Shown here piece after piece: positions 12,575-25,961 of a DNA stretch of 64,000 nt. The stretch is from Curvularia clavata (taxonomy: Eukaryota): contig CP089279.1 of assembly GCA_023920165.1 (NCBI GenBank), positions 2,108,001 through 2,172,000 on the forward strand, in the 5' to 3' direction. Below the pieces are notes generated by a model. The model saw only the letters and a list, made by a program, of their open reading frames with translations, did not search any database and was not told the origin of the DNA. The translations under genes were made by a program, and so were the position numbers. The stretch's first letter is position 1, and the number at the start of each line of letters is the position of its first letter.

Positions 12575-15500
12575 TCAAACACCTCTTCGTCCACCTACCA
12601 GCTTCATTCCCTCGCGCATGGCATCTGTCAGTCGGCTCATCACCAGCTCCTTGATGCCCTTCGTTTCGGGCTTGGGCATGAAGCCAAGCTCAATCAGATA
12701 GCTGACATAGACGCCCACTGTATCTTCCGTTACCGCTCCGCCTTGGCTCCAATCCTCGCCTGTCCATGCCTGGTCCCGCTTCAATGCCTCTGCCGCGTTC
12801 TTGTCATCCAGCTCCGGCGCCTTGGTGTCTGCAGGCAGGTCTCCCGTCACAAAATGGTACAGAGGTAGCAGAGCATTCTCTTCCTTCGTCCCCGACCGGT
12901 CAGCCACGTACTTCTCCATGTTTTGCTTCCACTCTGCGTACGACACAAGGGGCACATTGTAGCCATACTTCTCCAGTGCTCCCAAGAACTCGTTGAATGT
13001 GATGCGCGGATGCGAGGTGACTTGCGCCACGCCCAGCGGGGAAACTGGCGGATTGAACGACGACGCCACGACAACCCGAGCAACATGCGTCACAGGCACC
13101 ATGTTGATCGTGTTTGTGATGTCCGGCCGGGACTTGAGCTGGATGCACCCCTTGAGGATTCGGACTAGGAAGTCGTCCGTGTTCGTCGTGCCGTACTCTG
13201 GGTCTCCCAAGACGTATCCAGGTCGAATCACGCATCCACTCAGGCCCTTGGTTCCAGCTTGGCGTGTAAGATACTCGGCTGCCCACTTGGACTGTCCGTA
13301 ACCAGTACCTAGGCCCTTGCGTGCTCCCTCTAGGTCGTCGGCCTCTGAGACACCTGTTCCACCCTCGGCCAGACTCTTCTCGGAAAGCTTGACAAAGTAG
13401 TCTGTATCCAGCACAGACGTGGAGCTGACGAGACCAAAGTTTTTAGCTTTGCCGGCAGCACACATGGAAAGTGCGGTCATGGTAGACAAGACATTGGCTC
13501 CTCGTAAGCGAGAGTATGGCAGCACCCAGTGTACCAAGGCGCCGTTGTGAATCACCACGTCGACCGAGTCAACCAGCTTGTTCCACGTGTTTGGCTCGAG
13601 TCCAAAGTTTTCCTTCTCCAAATCACCCACCAGTGGCTCCAGTCGTGACTCCCAGCTGTCTTCCCAGATCCCGTATGCTGTGCATGTTTGCCTCACTCGC
13701 CCCAGCGCTGCATCAATGTCTTTTGCACGTACAAGCACAGTCGCCTTTCCTGGTCGTGATAGAATGTCTCGTAGAATGTACGCTCCCAAGAACCCTGTCG
13801 CTCCAGTGAGGAAGGTGTGCACCTCTTCCTTTGGATTCAGTGGCTCTCTGGTCTTGAACTCAGTCAGCTGGTTGGCCAAGTCTCTGGCATCTGCCGAGTA
13901 GGCCTCGTCCTCAGGGTCATCCTCGAGTGCCTCAGCTGTGTCAAGACGCAGACCAATCGGGTCCATGGCTTGGTCAATATTTGCCGAGAAACCGCGCAAT
14001 GTAGGGTACTGGAAGATTGTCGTCATGGGCACATCAATGCCCTTCCACTCTTGTCGAATCTTGAAAAACAACTGTTGAGCAATAATACTGTGCCCACCAA
14101 GATCGAAGAAGGAATCGCTTCCGCCGATACTGTCAGCCGATACCCCACGATCACCGAGAAGCTCAGCCCAAATCTTGGCCAAAGTTTTCTCAGTCGGCGT
14201 CAGAGCTGCTCCCAGCTGCGAGGGACGCCTGGCACCTGCGGCTGCTAGGTCGGATGGTTCTGGGAAAGGTAGCGCGGGCCGGTCGATCTTGCCATTTGGA
14301 TTCAACGGAAATCGGATCAGTGGAACAATAACCGACGGTACGGCGTATGCAGGGAGCTTCTTCTTAAGGTGCTCCCGCACATCGTCTCGTAGGTATTTGA
14401 AGCGCTTGAGCAGTGTCACCATGCTTGTGTCTCCAGTGGCATCGTTTTCTTTTGCGCCACGTTCCTCCAACCAGTCATACCATCGCTTCATCTCAGGAAC
14501 GACATAGCCTGAAGCGTGTTAGCCAATATCCAAGCGAGATAGATAACCACTTCAACTTACTGACAAGCGTTGGCTCTTCGTAGGCGTCGCGCTTGAGCAA
14601 TGTGACATTTTCGCGCACCAGTGGGTGGGCAGAGAGATGTGAGTCGATTTCGCCTAGTTCAATGCGGAAACCGCGAATCTTGACTTGCGAGTCGACTCGG
14701 CCTGTGCAGTGAACATTTCCATCCTCGGAGTAGTGGCCCAAATCTCCGGAGCGATAAAGTCTGTCTCGAGGGCCTTTGTAGAACTCACGCCATGGCTCAG
14801 CAGCACCTTGGCTCTCTACCTGTTTCTTGTCCTCATCTATCCACTTCTGGTTGTCGACGAACCAGTTGTCGATGAATTTGGTGGCTGTGAGGTCTGGCAA
14901 ACCGAGATATTCTTCGGCAAGGCCACCAGCTCGTACATAGATTTCTCCGCTTTCGCCGGGCTTGCAGATCTGGTTTCGGTCCTCGCGATTGACAACTAGG
15001 AGCTGAACATTGTTCATTCCTCGACCAGCGGGTATGACCTCGCCAATGGTATCGAGGAAATCGGGCGCTTCGGTGCAACTCGGTAGCTCGTAGTAGCTCA
15101 CAGCTCGTTGCGTTTCAGTTGTTCCGTACATGTTGACAATACGCACGTTTGGTGCCAGATTCTGCAGTCTCCTACAGTCTCGCTTGATTAACAGATCACC
15201 CACGAAGAAGGAATGGTGGAGGCTGGGGAACACAGCCGATGCACCTCCGACGAGAATCTGACCCATGGCGGGTGTGAGATGGGTGACGGTAGCGCCATAC
15301 TTGCGCATCCACTCGGCAAGCTTCTCGTGCTGTATGTCTTCCTTGCTTGGTACAAGTAGCTGAGCACCAAGGAAGAGAGGTGTAAATATGTCTCGCTGGA
15401 TAGGGTCGTGGGCGATACCAGAAAGCATGGTGAACTTGTCCTTCTCCGATAGTCCGAAAGTTTCGGCCATCCAGGGGAAGTAGTGAGTGAGCGAAAAGTG

Positions 15501-16214
15501 TCGACCTTTGACACCTTTGGGTTTTCCTTCAGATCCAGATGTGAAGGAGAGCGTTGGCGTTGAGTCTGGGCCAACCAGTACACCAGGCAGCTCGGTCTTG
15601 AGCTGCTGCTGTTCCTCGAGTACGTCCTTTCCATCCTTGATACCTCCCACCAGCGTGCCGTCATCCTTGAGCTCTAGAGCTGGAACCTCTGTTCTTAGTT
15701 GTAGGTTGTCTTTGATGTAGTCTCGTACTTGATCCGAGATAGGGCCTGCCTCGCGCGTGGCCTTGTCGATGACTACGAGGGCACGTGGCTGGGAGACTTC
15801 GAGGTAGATGCACTGGCGATCTGGAGGATATCTTGGTGTTGTCAGTCGTTGACCTGGAGCCTTGACATGGGATGCTTACAGTGGGTCTAGGACTGAGAAG
15901 GTTGCTCCTGCCGCTAGAACGGCCATGATAGCCACGACGAGATCCACACCCCGATGGGCGAAGATCATGACCACCTCGCCTCTTTCCACGCCACTCTGCA
16001 CCAGGTGATGGGCCAGCACTGACGTAGCCTCGAAAATGTGCTTGTATGTGAAGGTGCGTTCTGGTGACTTGCCCGTGGCAGTCTCGACGACGCATGGCCG
16101 CTCTGGGTGCTTGCGAGCATTGCTGGCGAATATCTCGTGAATTGGTCCCTTGAAGTCAGACCAATGAAGGTCTGCCGTGGGGTCCGGGATGCTTCCCTTG
16201 GTTAGAGAGGCCAT
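12575..16214 (-). CDS. LYS2: L-2-aminoadipate reductase (A-T-R), ~1179 aa
   Basis: A domain [36 protein letters not shown]. Phosphopantetheine site FFDLGGHSI. Reductase TGATGFLG and GYGQSKW. Introns 15832-15879 and 14509-14560. Confidence 0.95.
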
Positions 16215-16816
16215 TGCCACGTCTCGCGGGTATATCTAGTGGTGGTGGGTGCTAGGTTGTGTATACTTGTGCGCATGCAGAGAAATGGCTTGGAGAAGGG
16301 CAATTGAAGGGCAACCAAGTGAAAAGAAAAGGGCTGTTGGAGGCAATCCTCTAATATCTGTCCAGCGGAAAAGAGGTGTCTTGAGGGACGAGTGGGAGAA
16401 TTGGGAGGGCACTCAGAAAAGTTGCCGTGGTATGACGCATCCAGTCAAAATGCTCCAGACTCAGGCGACATCGGCGCCCCCCACCAGCTCGCTGGATGCG
16501 CGGGGGAGGCCAAGGCCATTGCCATCAGCCCTATGCTAGCCCTGCACCTCGACTCGTCAAACTACGCTTGCAGACTGCGCAACGCGTCGCCCTCGTTTGG
16601 GCGACGCCTGTGAATGCATACGCATCCTGCTCCTCCGCCTCCTAGGCCCCGTTACGTGACCGCGCCACGCGTCCCCCACCAGCATCCTCAGACCCACTAC
16701 CTACGGCTATCGGCCTGTGCCTGCCTCGACAAAACCTCATGTTCCCAATGTCGCGATAACCGATAACCGTCTCTCCTCTGCCCTCTTCGCCCCCACCGCT
16801 GCATCGCAATTGCGCC

Positions 16817-18748
16817 ATGCCGACTCAGCATACCTTCATGGGGCGGCCCGTCACGCTCCAAATGCCCCCAAGGAGGTTCCAGATCGTTTTCATCCTCATC
16901 ATCTTTGTCGTGCTCAATCTGTCTTTCTACGGGCCTCCGTCACGTAACAACATACCCACCTACGACCAAGTAGCCGACGCCGTAAAACATCCCCAAGCAC
17001 ACGTCCCTGAACTTCCCTCGCTGCCATCCGTGCCCAACCCTTTCCGCCCATCAGCGCACAAGCCGCCGGTTCAGGCCAACAGCACTGCCGCGAGTGCTTA
17101 TGGCGCTATCGAGTGGTTCAGTGACTTCAAATGGCGCAATCCATTCTCTTCTTCGGTGACGCTCGACGAAAACAGAGCTCTGCTACCTCCACTGCGCGAA
17201 AGACCCCCGATTTACACCTACTATGAGGTCCCCGCAAAGCAGGACAAGGACGTATCGGCTGCCGAACAGAGACTCCTCTTGGCGTGGAGGAGGGCGTGGT
17301 GGGCACAGGGGTTCAAGCCAGTTGTGCTGTCGCGCGATGAAGCCAAGCACAACCCACTGTACCAGCTATTCCAGCGCCTGAAACTGGATCCGAAGATCGA
17401 GTTGGAGGTTATGCGCTGGCTGGCATGGGGACATATGAGAGGTGGAATTCTCGTCGATTGGTTGGCACTGCCCATGGCCGAGTATGAGAATCCTATGCTG
17501 AGCTTTTTGCGACGCAATGAATATCCCAAGTTGTCAAGAGTTCAGTCTCTCGACAACGCCATCTTTTTTGGAGAACAGATGGCTGTTGGCAATGCCATTA
17601 AGAAGCTCTCTGAAAATGAGCTGTTGAAGAATGTCACGGCAAACAAGGACAAACTAGCCAAGCTAGCTAACAAAGAGGGCGGGCCTGTCGTAAATCTCCT
17701 GGCGACGGCAGATGTGACAGTAGATACCAAAGCTACTGGCATTGCGTCTTACAATACCGCTACCGTCTCCAGCAAGTACAAGACCATCGCCGATAAATTC
17801 ACCAACACGACTCAGGCAGAAGCGCTCACCTTACTTGAAAACCTCATCAACTCGCACCTCCATTTGACCTGGCAGGAGCAACACCCTGAAGGTGTAACAA
17901 TTGTGAAGCCGGTACCAGAACATACGACTGCGCTCATGTTTGAAGCAACCAGTATCGCGCGCAACCTTACACAGTGTCCAGCCTCTCCCATGCCCAAGTC
18001 TTGCCCACCCAATCGGCCAAAGTGCAAGCCCTGTGACGCCAACAAGGCGATGAAGCTCCAAATGTTTCCCGAATTTGTCAACACCACCAAGTTCTTCACA
18101 ATCGGCACCGTTCCACATCCATATACGCTGACTTCGTTACATTACACGCGGGATACAGTCGATAGTGCTTTTCTGCGTAACAATGCAGAGCGCGATCTCT
18201 GGATCCGGAAGTTGACCGACAAGTCTATCCCAGGCGACCATACCGAAGATCTCCGCGTACTCAAGTTCAAGGAGCTCGTAGCAGCAATCCCTGCACATTC
18301 GTTGTGGTTGACTGCTGAACGCACCACCCAAAGTGATCTCGACTGGGTTTTCGGCTTTGGTCTACCTCAGGTTGCGTCCGCTACCGCTGAACCTAGCCTA
18401 GCGAGCAACGACTCCGAGCTCATCATTTTCCCCCGTCCGGAGCCCCCCAAGCCCATTCAAGGCGTCGATATACCTGACGATAAGTGGGTCGAGAAGGAGC
18501 AAGAGCGCCTAAACAAAGCTCGCGATGCCATCAAAAGCAAGGATAGGAACATGAAGAAAGTTGTAGAAGCGGTAGAACAATGGAATTTGGCGGACACGGA
18601 GGCCTGGAAATTTGCTAGGGCATATTCTGCAAGGAGGCGACAGGAGAGAAAGAAGTGGGAGGCAGAAGAGGCCAAATACTCGGGCAGTGAGAAGAAGGCT
18701 AGTGCCCGGCCTGGCCAAGGTGGGGGAAGATGGATCGATAGGAGGTAA
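16817..18748 (+). CDS. Hypothetical type II membrane protein, 643 aa
   Basis: Single long ORF with an N-terminal TM (FQIVFILIIFVVLNLSF), luminal region with AWWAQGF and a Cys cluster. Divergent from LYS2. Confidence 0.85.
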   Translation: MPTQHTFMGRPVTLQMPPRRFQIVFILIIFVVLNLSFYGPPSRNNIPTYDQVADAVKHPQAHVPELPSLPSVPNPFRPSAHKPPVQANSTAASAYGAIEWFSDFKWRNPFSSSVTLDENRALLPPLRERPPIYTYYEVPAKQDKDVSAAEQRLLLAWRRAWWAQGFKPVVLSRDEAKHNPLYQLFQRLKLDPKIELEVMRWLAWGHMRGGILVDWLALPMAEYENPMLSFLRRNEYPKLSRVQSLDNAIFFGEQMAVGNAIKKLSENELLKNVTANKDKLAKLANKEGGPVVNLLATADVTVDTKATGIASYNTATVSSKYKTIADKFTNTTQAEALTLLENLINSHLHLTWQEQHPEGVTIVKPVPEHTTALMFEATSIARNLTQCPASPMPKSCPPNRPKCKPCDANKAMKLQMFPEFVNTTKFFTIGTVPHPYTLTSLHYTRDTVDSAFLRNNAERDLWIRKLTDKSIPGDHTEDLRVLKFKELVAAIPAHSLWLTAERTTQSDLDWVFGFGLPQVASATAEPSLASNDSELIIFPRPEPPKPIQGVDIPDDKWVEKEQERLNKARDAIKSKDRNMKKVVEAVEQWNLADTEAWKFARAYSARRRQERKKWEAEEAKYSGSEKKASARPGQGGGRWIDRR

Positions 18749-19656
18749 ATTGCGTATCATTCACATAGCTGCAAGGTGTTTGGCGTTTTGGGTGTAACAT
18801 AGACGGCTTTCCCATATGTTCATCATCCTAGTAGATACAGTTTGGAAGCATGGCCTTTCGGACTAGTGGTCATAGCCAGTACATACTACTCAGCATTTCC
18901 GATAGACAGTAAATATATTTGTTCAACTTTACTTTCGCTACAAGACGTCTGATCAAGAATTGAAGATCTTGACAGCATAGTACAGTCTACTAGAGCCTGA
19001 AGCAAATTACGTTTACACAGCAACCGAGAAATTCTGGTTGGCCAGGCTAACGTGGGTTCAAACTTTCATGTACCGAACGGCAATGCTCGAGCAGCCAGTA
19101 ATTTTTCGGTTGCATGCTCGCAATAGGCCGGGAATTCAAATCTAGAACATATACAGACTGCCCAAGGGTCCTGTGATAACAAGAGTCGGATACAAGCCCC
19201 AGTGTCTACATCTGGTTCGCCTCACATCCCCTTGACCATGGGAGCAGGGTGGTACGTGACTTGCACACACAATCCAATTGCACGTCTCGTTTGCCCCTCT
19301 TCAAAGCCAAAGAAATATCTCTGTCGCCTCAGTGGACAGATCAAAGCCTGTTATTTCTGTGTAACTTCACGCCATGCCACGTCATACACAGTTCAGCATA
19401 CTATTGAATAGGATTATACCATAAAAATCAAGAAATCACATATTATCCCCCTCCTGTGGTATAGACCTTATGTTGACGCAGTAGCTAAATCTTCTCCATG
19501 GGCATAATAGTACTCTTTGTCAATATTGCTCCGGGATTCTTCTCCTATGTCACCACCACACAGCGGTTAATACACCGGCATTACATAACTCCAGCCGATA
19601 AGCCCTCTTCCTTAGAGTCTAGATCCTTGATCTGATCAGATAAGAGGACCACGAAT

Positions 19657-20490
19657 TCCATAACCTGCGGCACTGACGAACGAGAAGACAACCTTCTCGA
19701 AGCACCTTGTAACCAGCACCTCGTCTACGCAGCCCGCGTAGCCATTAATTCAAACACGCAACCAACGACAAGAGTCTCTTTACCCCAAGACGCTGCAACC
19801 AAGCTTTCATGCTACATGATTATGAGCATCATGTCCCGGCTGAGATATCATCAGCATACTTGGCCAAAGTACAGAGAGAGTACACTGTCCTCGCGAAGTA
19901 AGTTCTCAATCGCCCTACCCAAACAAATCCAAAACCCCAGGACTAAAAGGGATAGAGACCGCGTTTACTGCGCGAATCCGCTCTGTGCAAGATCCCTCCA
20001 CCCAGCACAGCATGTACAAGACCCGCGAAATAATATCACATACGCCGTATGTGATGCCGCATCTTGTGGAAAAAAGACTTGTGTACGCTGCAAGACACTT
20101 TTGAATAAGATGCTTGATCACGCATGCGGAACCAGCGAAGAAGACGCCAAATTCCAGCAAATCGTCCTTGAAAAAGGGCATCAAGAATGCCATGTCTGTG
20201 GCGCAATTATTGAACCGACCGAAGCATGCAATCACATCACGTACGTCCCTCTTCTTCTCTCTCTAAAAGAAGGAACCCATAAACTTACCACAAACAAATA
20301 TAGCTGCCTCTGCGGCACCTCCTTCTGCTACATTTGCGGCAAGCCCTGGCCCGGTCCGCACGGCTGCCCCGCCTACGGTCCCGCCGTATACAACGCCCTC
20401 GGCTACAATCAAGACGGCTTCCATCGTTCGACCGGCCTAGATGCACAAGATCGCACGCGGTGGGAGCGAGAAGAGCAACAAGAAGAAGAA
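19657..20490 (+). pseudogene. Degraded RBR/IBR-domain E3 ubiquitin ligase
   Basis: Recognisable IBR (RVYCANPLC..CDAASC..TCVRC) and RING2 (CHVC..EACNHIT/CLCGTSFCYICG). RING1 is decayed, with a frameshift and TAA at 19746. Introns at 19898-19955 and after HIT. Confidence 0.7.
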
Positions 20491-20928
20491 AAAAGCCTAC
20501 CGTGCTTGCTGCCAGTGCTCCCACGCATCGGGTTTATATTGTGTGTTCTTCTGTTACCCTGCATGTCGCTGGCGGAACGTATGTTGTGCACGCTGTACGT
20601 GTCACTTTTTTTGCCATTTTCAGATTGGTTGCCATGCACGTTTGGGAATGAGTATGTTAGATTTGAGTTCTTGTATGGGGAGGATTGAGTGGGAATACTG
20701 GATGTGGGTGGGCGGGGTGGGAGGTTGATGCTTCTTGACAGCAGACACACGTCTGGAACAGCTATCAAGAGAAAATATCATTCCATCGCGAATATTCACT
20801 CGCTCGATTTTTTTCAGAATCGCCATTGGGCCCGGACGGGATGGAGGAATGCAGTTCGATTGATAGACGAGAACGCTATGGACAAAGAACACGGAAAAGT
20901 AGTCTACAGACAAAGAATTACAAACAGC

Positions 20929-23083
20929 TTACAGCTTTGCACCGCCCTCTACGTTCTTGCTCCCCTTGAGCAAATCCCAATCGGCGATGGTGTACACAAC
21001 ATAACCGCCGTCATCGGCCTTGCCCTTGCCAGCTCCAAGCAACGACGGGTTCCAGTACATGGTATCGTACTCTGCCTGGTCTTTGCCCTGCTCCTTTGCC
21101 TCCTTGTCCGCTCTCTCCATAAGCTTGCGAAGGTCAATACCATCGTTCCTCAGCGGGACCTTGTTCTGCTTGTTGTTGTGCATAGTGGTTTGCTGTTTCT
21201 GTACTCTCAGGAAGACGGGGACCGCATACTTTGGCAACTTTGCTTTTGCATGTGCGAGCAGTGCGTTAAAATCGAAGGAATCGCGGTGTGCGGGATCAAT
21301 GTAGATGGCGGCACAGCCTGCTCGGCCGTCGTAGCCTGGTACCTCGACACCGTAGACGTTTGCTTCTTGGATGCCCGGGAAGGAGCCAAGGGCTTCGCTG
21401 ACTTCGGCTGTGCTTACGTTTTCGGATTTCCAGCGGAAAGTATCGCCAAGTCGGTCCATGAAAAACCAGCGGCCGTCAGCGTCGCGGCGAAGTGCATCGC
21501 CTGTGCGGTAATAGAGGTCGCCCTTCTTGAAAACGTTGCGTTCGAAGCGTTTTTCGGTGGCCTCGGGGTTGTTCCAGTAGCCAACAAAGGCGTCTTCGCT
21601 AGGCAGCTGGACCAGAATCTCACTGCCCTCCTCATAAGATTTACGTTTACAGAAGCCGGTTTTGGGGTCGCGAAGGAGATCACCCGTGACAAAGTCAATC
21701 TCGACCGGGACATAGGTGTTGTGGAACCGCCACCGGTCAATGAGACCTTGGTGTCCGACCGAGGTGGCTGTGAAGGGCCCGCGAGAGCCATTGAAAAGCG
21801 CCATAACACCTTCTGTGCTGTTGAAGAATTCTCCAACGGTTTCGATGCCGAAACGATCGACGAAACGCTGCCATACATCTGGACGTAGACCGTTTCCAAA
21901 CATGGCTCTGACATTGTGCTTTCGATCGAGATCGCTTGGAGGAGCATTGAGAAGGTAGCGAGCCGTCTCTCCAACATATACAATGGCGGTTGATCTCGAG
22001 TCACATACGTCGGTCCAGAATTTTGATGTGGAGAACTTCTTGCCAATGCAGCAGGTGAGGCCAGTAACCATACACACAAGCGCGGTAGTGCCTCCGGTGC
22101 CGTGGTAAAGAGGCATGCAAACATACCATCGATCGGCATTAGGACCTGGCTTTAGGCCCATAGCACCCACTCGGCCTGTCAAAGCGGCTGCTCTTTCTGT
22201 CGGGAATGGACAGGCTTTCGGGTGTCCAGTTGTGCCACTACTCTTGTTAACTCATCAATCCTCCAAAGGAACGTATAGTTTCACCAACCTTGTGTAGAAC
22301 AGGAAGAGCGGGAATTTGCCCTTTGCGCCTTTTCGGAGCTCATTTCCCGGCCGCTTCGGCTCCGACCTCGAAATCTCGCCCTTGAGATTGTTGTCCAGAA
22401 CCAAGATGGTCATACCAAGGTCCTCCTCTAGTCTTTGGCGTATATCTTCTATCCTCTTTCTGCAATCTTGATCTTCGTCCACAAGCAGCACCTTGGCGCC
22501 GCTCACCTTCAAGCAGTGGAACAGCGAATCACCCGCCAAGTTGTAGTTGATCCATGCTGGCGCACTTCCTATGCTCCAGCTGCCCAGATGAGCAAAGAGA
22601 AACTCGGGTCGGTTCATCATGTACATGGCGAAGAGCTGGCCGGGCTGGACGCCATGTTGGTGGAGATATTGGCCATAGCGACAGGCGTTTGCGTAGGTTT
22701 CGGCCCAGGTATAGCAGCCGTCGCGAGACCAGATGCATTCTTCAGTCGAGGGGAGACGGCGGACTTGGGTTTCGAATTGGTACCAGAGAGACTGGCCTTT
22801 GCCTCGAGCTGCGGGTCTGTCAGTGAACGGGCGTCTGAGGATCTCCGCAACCAGAACATACAGTTCTTCTCCAAGGCGCGTGCTGTCGCTTTTTGGCCGC
22901 GGATACCTGCAATGTCTTTGGTGATGTGGTATTTGGCGTCAATGTATGCGGCAGCAGCTGTGACGCCTGCAATAGCGGCGCCTGCAACGGGTGCTACAAA
23001 GCTGGGTTAGCAAGGGTGCACAGCGCGCTGCGATAGCTTGATAGCACGGGAACAGAAGACGCACCAAGATCCTTGATATCCAT
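20929..23083 (-). CDS. FATP/very-long-chain acyl-CoA synthetase (Fat1/CefD1-like)
   Basis: YTSGTTGHPK rebuilt across an intron, PLYHGTG, YVGE, FNSTEG, DRLGDTFRWKSENVST. Three introns. C-terminal AKL is a PTS1-type signal. Confidence 0.9.
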
Positions 23084-23801
23084 GATGATATGTCTAAACT
23101 TTCTTCTAAATGTACAAGTATACCGCTGTGAAGAAAGATAGAAAAATATGGAAAGCAGGGGATCGGAGAAAAAGATAATCCAAAAGTGTGCGCAATCCTT
23201 CTTGATAACCTGCGACACGTCCGTCCGCAACGTGATCAATTGCCGACTTGCCCTCGGCCTCAGCGCCGCGCGCCGCGCCTCAACCCCAGAAGCCTCCCCA
23301 CGTGCCGGGAGCCCCACACGGCTTCAACTGTCTTGTCAATTGCAACGGACCCCCTTTGTACATGGCGGATCGGGAGAAGGTAAGATTCCCGTTTAGTCGA
23401 CAAATATGCCGACCCAGAGTGCCGCATGCTCATTGGTAACAAAACCTGCCGAATGAAACTCGGACTCCTATCCACGGCAAACTTGCAATGGTGCCAAAGC
23501 GCATATTATCGTCAATCCAGGCCTCTCGTACCACTACAGCTCATTCCAGTTACCTATGCAACTATGGGTGCTACGATCCTCAGCGCTAGCTCCCCGAAAC
23601 TAGGCTCGACGCGCACTTTTGGGTGATCCTCGGCTGCCGGGTACCACCAGATCCACACCCACTCGGCCAATTGTGTTGCCCCAACAAATGCATCTCAATA
23701 TACCCGGCCGATTCCTGGCAACTTTGATCTGGACAGGCTTGCTGAGTCTGGGCAATTGGGATGAGTATTTTCTTGTTTGACACTTTGCCATATCAAATCA
23801 G

Positions 23802-23887
23802 GGCTCGGTGGTGTAGTTGGTTATCACGTCAGTCTAACATCCAGTTAGGCACACTGAAGGTCCCGAGTTCAAACCTCGGCTGAGTCA
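23802..23887 (+). tRNA. tRNA-Val(AAC) with a 12-nt intron (23840-23851)
   Basis: Acceptor stem GGCTCGG/CTGAGTC, A-box TGGTGTAGTTGG, anticodon arm TCAGT-CT-AAC-A^C-ACTGA, T arm CCGAG-TTCAAAC-CTCGG, T-run terminator at ~23920. Confidence 0.95.
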
Positions 23888-24312
23888 AAAGCCGGAGCTC
23901 GCTGAGAGCTCCAATTCCTTTTTGCTGGCTTCGTAGCACTCTTGGGTGGCGAACAGTGACCAGGGGCTTTCTTTTTGGAAAACTGGTCACTGGGGAAGAG
24001 ATCCACGCACAGGTGACAACCACACAAGATCATCGTGAAGAGAATGAGAGGCACATTGGAGACAATCCATTGTAAAAAAAAAAACAGTGCACAGAAACCA
24101 GTATGATCATCAACCACAAAGGGCCTTTTTATTTCTCATCATCAGCCAGTAGCCGAATATATACACGGAATGTAAAACATATAGATACTCCTCCCAACCC
24201 GTTCCCAACCAGTCATAAAAGTAAAACTCGACATCACGATACGCCTAAAAGCGACATGGAATTGTTGCACAGCCCGAAAAAGGGCGTGGACAGCAATATA
24301 AGCTAGCTCGAC

Positions 24313-25961
24313 TTAGTACGAGGGAGAGGGAGTCTGCTTGGAGCCAGAAGGCTGGACAGTCACCGTCTCAGTCAGTGTCTGGTAGACGGTGGTCTCGGCA
24401 GCGCATGTAGATGCGTCAGCTACATTGGCAGCGCTGGCGGTGACGGTGACGGTAGGCGTATATGTGACAGTGACAGGGGCTTTGCAGTCCTCGTCGGCAC
24501 CGCCAGAGACTGGGCTGGGGGTTGGACGGGCTGAGACAGCGGGACCAGTGGGAAAGCCACTGCCAACGGATGGTGCGGGAGTGAGCTTCGAGACGTCATA
24601 GCCACCGGTTCCCTTGTCGATGCCCTTGTTAGGGAGACCTGCGGCGTACGAGGGGTAGACTGAGGAAGCGGGGGTGACCTCAGGTGCGCTAGAAACAGCT
24701 TCAGGGGTGACGGTAGCGGAGGCCTTGGGCGTGGTCTTGTAGTCGGCGGCGGACGACATGCTAGCAGCGGGAGTCTGGCTTGCTGCCACAGACGACGCCT
24801 GGGAGCTGTTGCCGGATGAAGGAGCAGATGGAGCAGCAGTGCATCCAGCGCCAGAGGCAGGGGTAGCAGAAGCAGGGCCGTTCTGAATAGGGTTGCAGCC
24901 AGGAAGGACATCGAGGACTGGGGAATCAGTTGCATACTGAGAATTGGCACCAGCAGAGCAGCTCTTCCACGACTCGTCGCTGTCCTTGTTGACGTTTTCG
25001 GCACCAAAGCACTGCTCCATTTCTTGTTGACCACAGCCACAACCACACTTGCAGCCGTCATTTTCGCTCACGGCCTTGTCGAGGACACCTTCTTCCCATC
25101 CGTTCATCTTATTCTAATGTCAGCATGGTTATAACCAGAGTAGAGTGATGTGTAACTTACAAAGTCAGCGTGGAAGCCGTAGCCAGTTGCGTCGCCGTTG
25201 GAAAGGACCCAAGGAGCCTCATCAGGACCGAACTTGAACGACGAAACATCCCACCAGTACTCAATAAACAGAGTAGGGAAACGTGCGACTCGGTGGGTGG
25301 TAGGGCAGTTCTCGATACCAACACCAGCATTGCCGTTGGGGTAGGCCATGTGTGCGTAGCCGTCCTTAGGGTCCATGTCCTTGCCGTTCCAGCAAGAGGG
25401 ATAGGTGACTTCAGAGGCAAAGCCGTACTTGCAAGAGCTGAAGCCCTTAGGGAAACCGTTGTCGAAGATGGGGTTGGAGGCGCCGTCAGGTTCGTGGCAT
25501 CCCCAACGGACACCAGCCGCATTGTCGTCACTGTTGCTACGCCTATTGGGCTTTCCAGCGACCATGTTGAATCCTTTGGGGTATGCAGTGACGTTTGCCC
25601 AGTTGTTGCCATCACCGTACTTGTAGTAGATCTTGGTGGCCTGCTCAGGGACACGGTAGAAGCCAGTGCTGTTCTTGTAGAACAAGGTAGGACGCCAGTA
25701 CAGAGATTTGTCGCTCTTGACACGAGCGGTGGAGCAGGAAGAGCCCACAAGTCCATCATAGTCCACTGACTGGCTCAATCCGTTTCCTCCGTCGAAAGAG
25801 TGAAGGTGAGGGCTCTCGGTCCCAGGAAACAGGCCGGGATCGAGACGTTGGTAGCTCATAGCTGGACCAGCGCGGTTGTAGAAGCTGAAGTAGTTGCCAT
25901 GGCACTGGGCGGAGGCAGTGGCGGCAAAGCCAGCCGTGAGGGTTACAATGTCAAAACGCAT
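24313..25961 (-). CDS. Secreted DUF1996-domain protein with Ser/Thr/Pro-rich tail
   Basis: Signal peptide; RLDP..SPHLH, DKSLYW.P, FHADF|MNGW. Intron 25108-25160. Confidence 0.85.

Noticed and set aside
16430..16450. Gcn4/CpcA-like sites upstream of LYS2 (ATGACGCAT, CAGTCA)
   Set aside because: Only imperfect matches, not distinguishable from chance.
20689..21888. 399-aa plus-strand ORF
   Set aside because: Largely antisense to the FATP gene, with no recognisable motifs.
12575..23083. Possible secondary-metabolite cluster (NRPS-like gene plus CoA ligase)
   Set aside because: The A-T-R enzyme is primary-metabolic Lys2, and no tailoring genes or cluster regulator are nearby.
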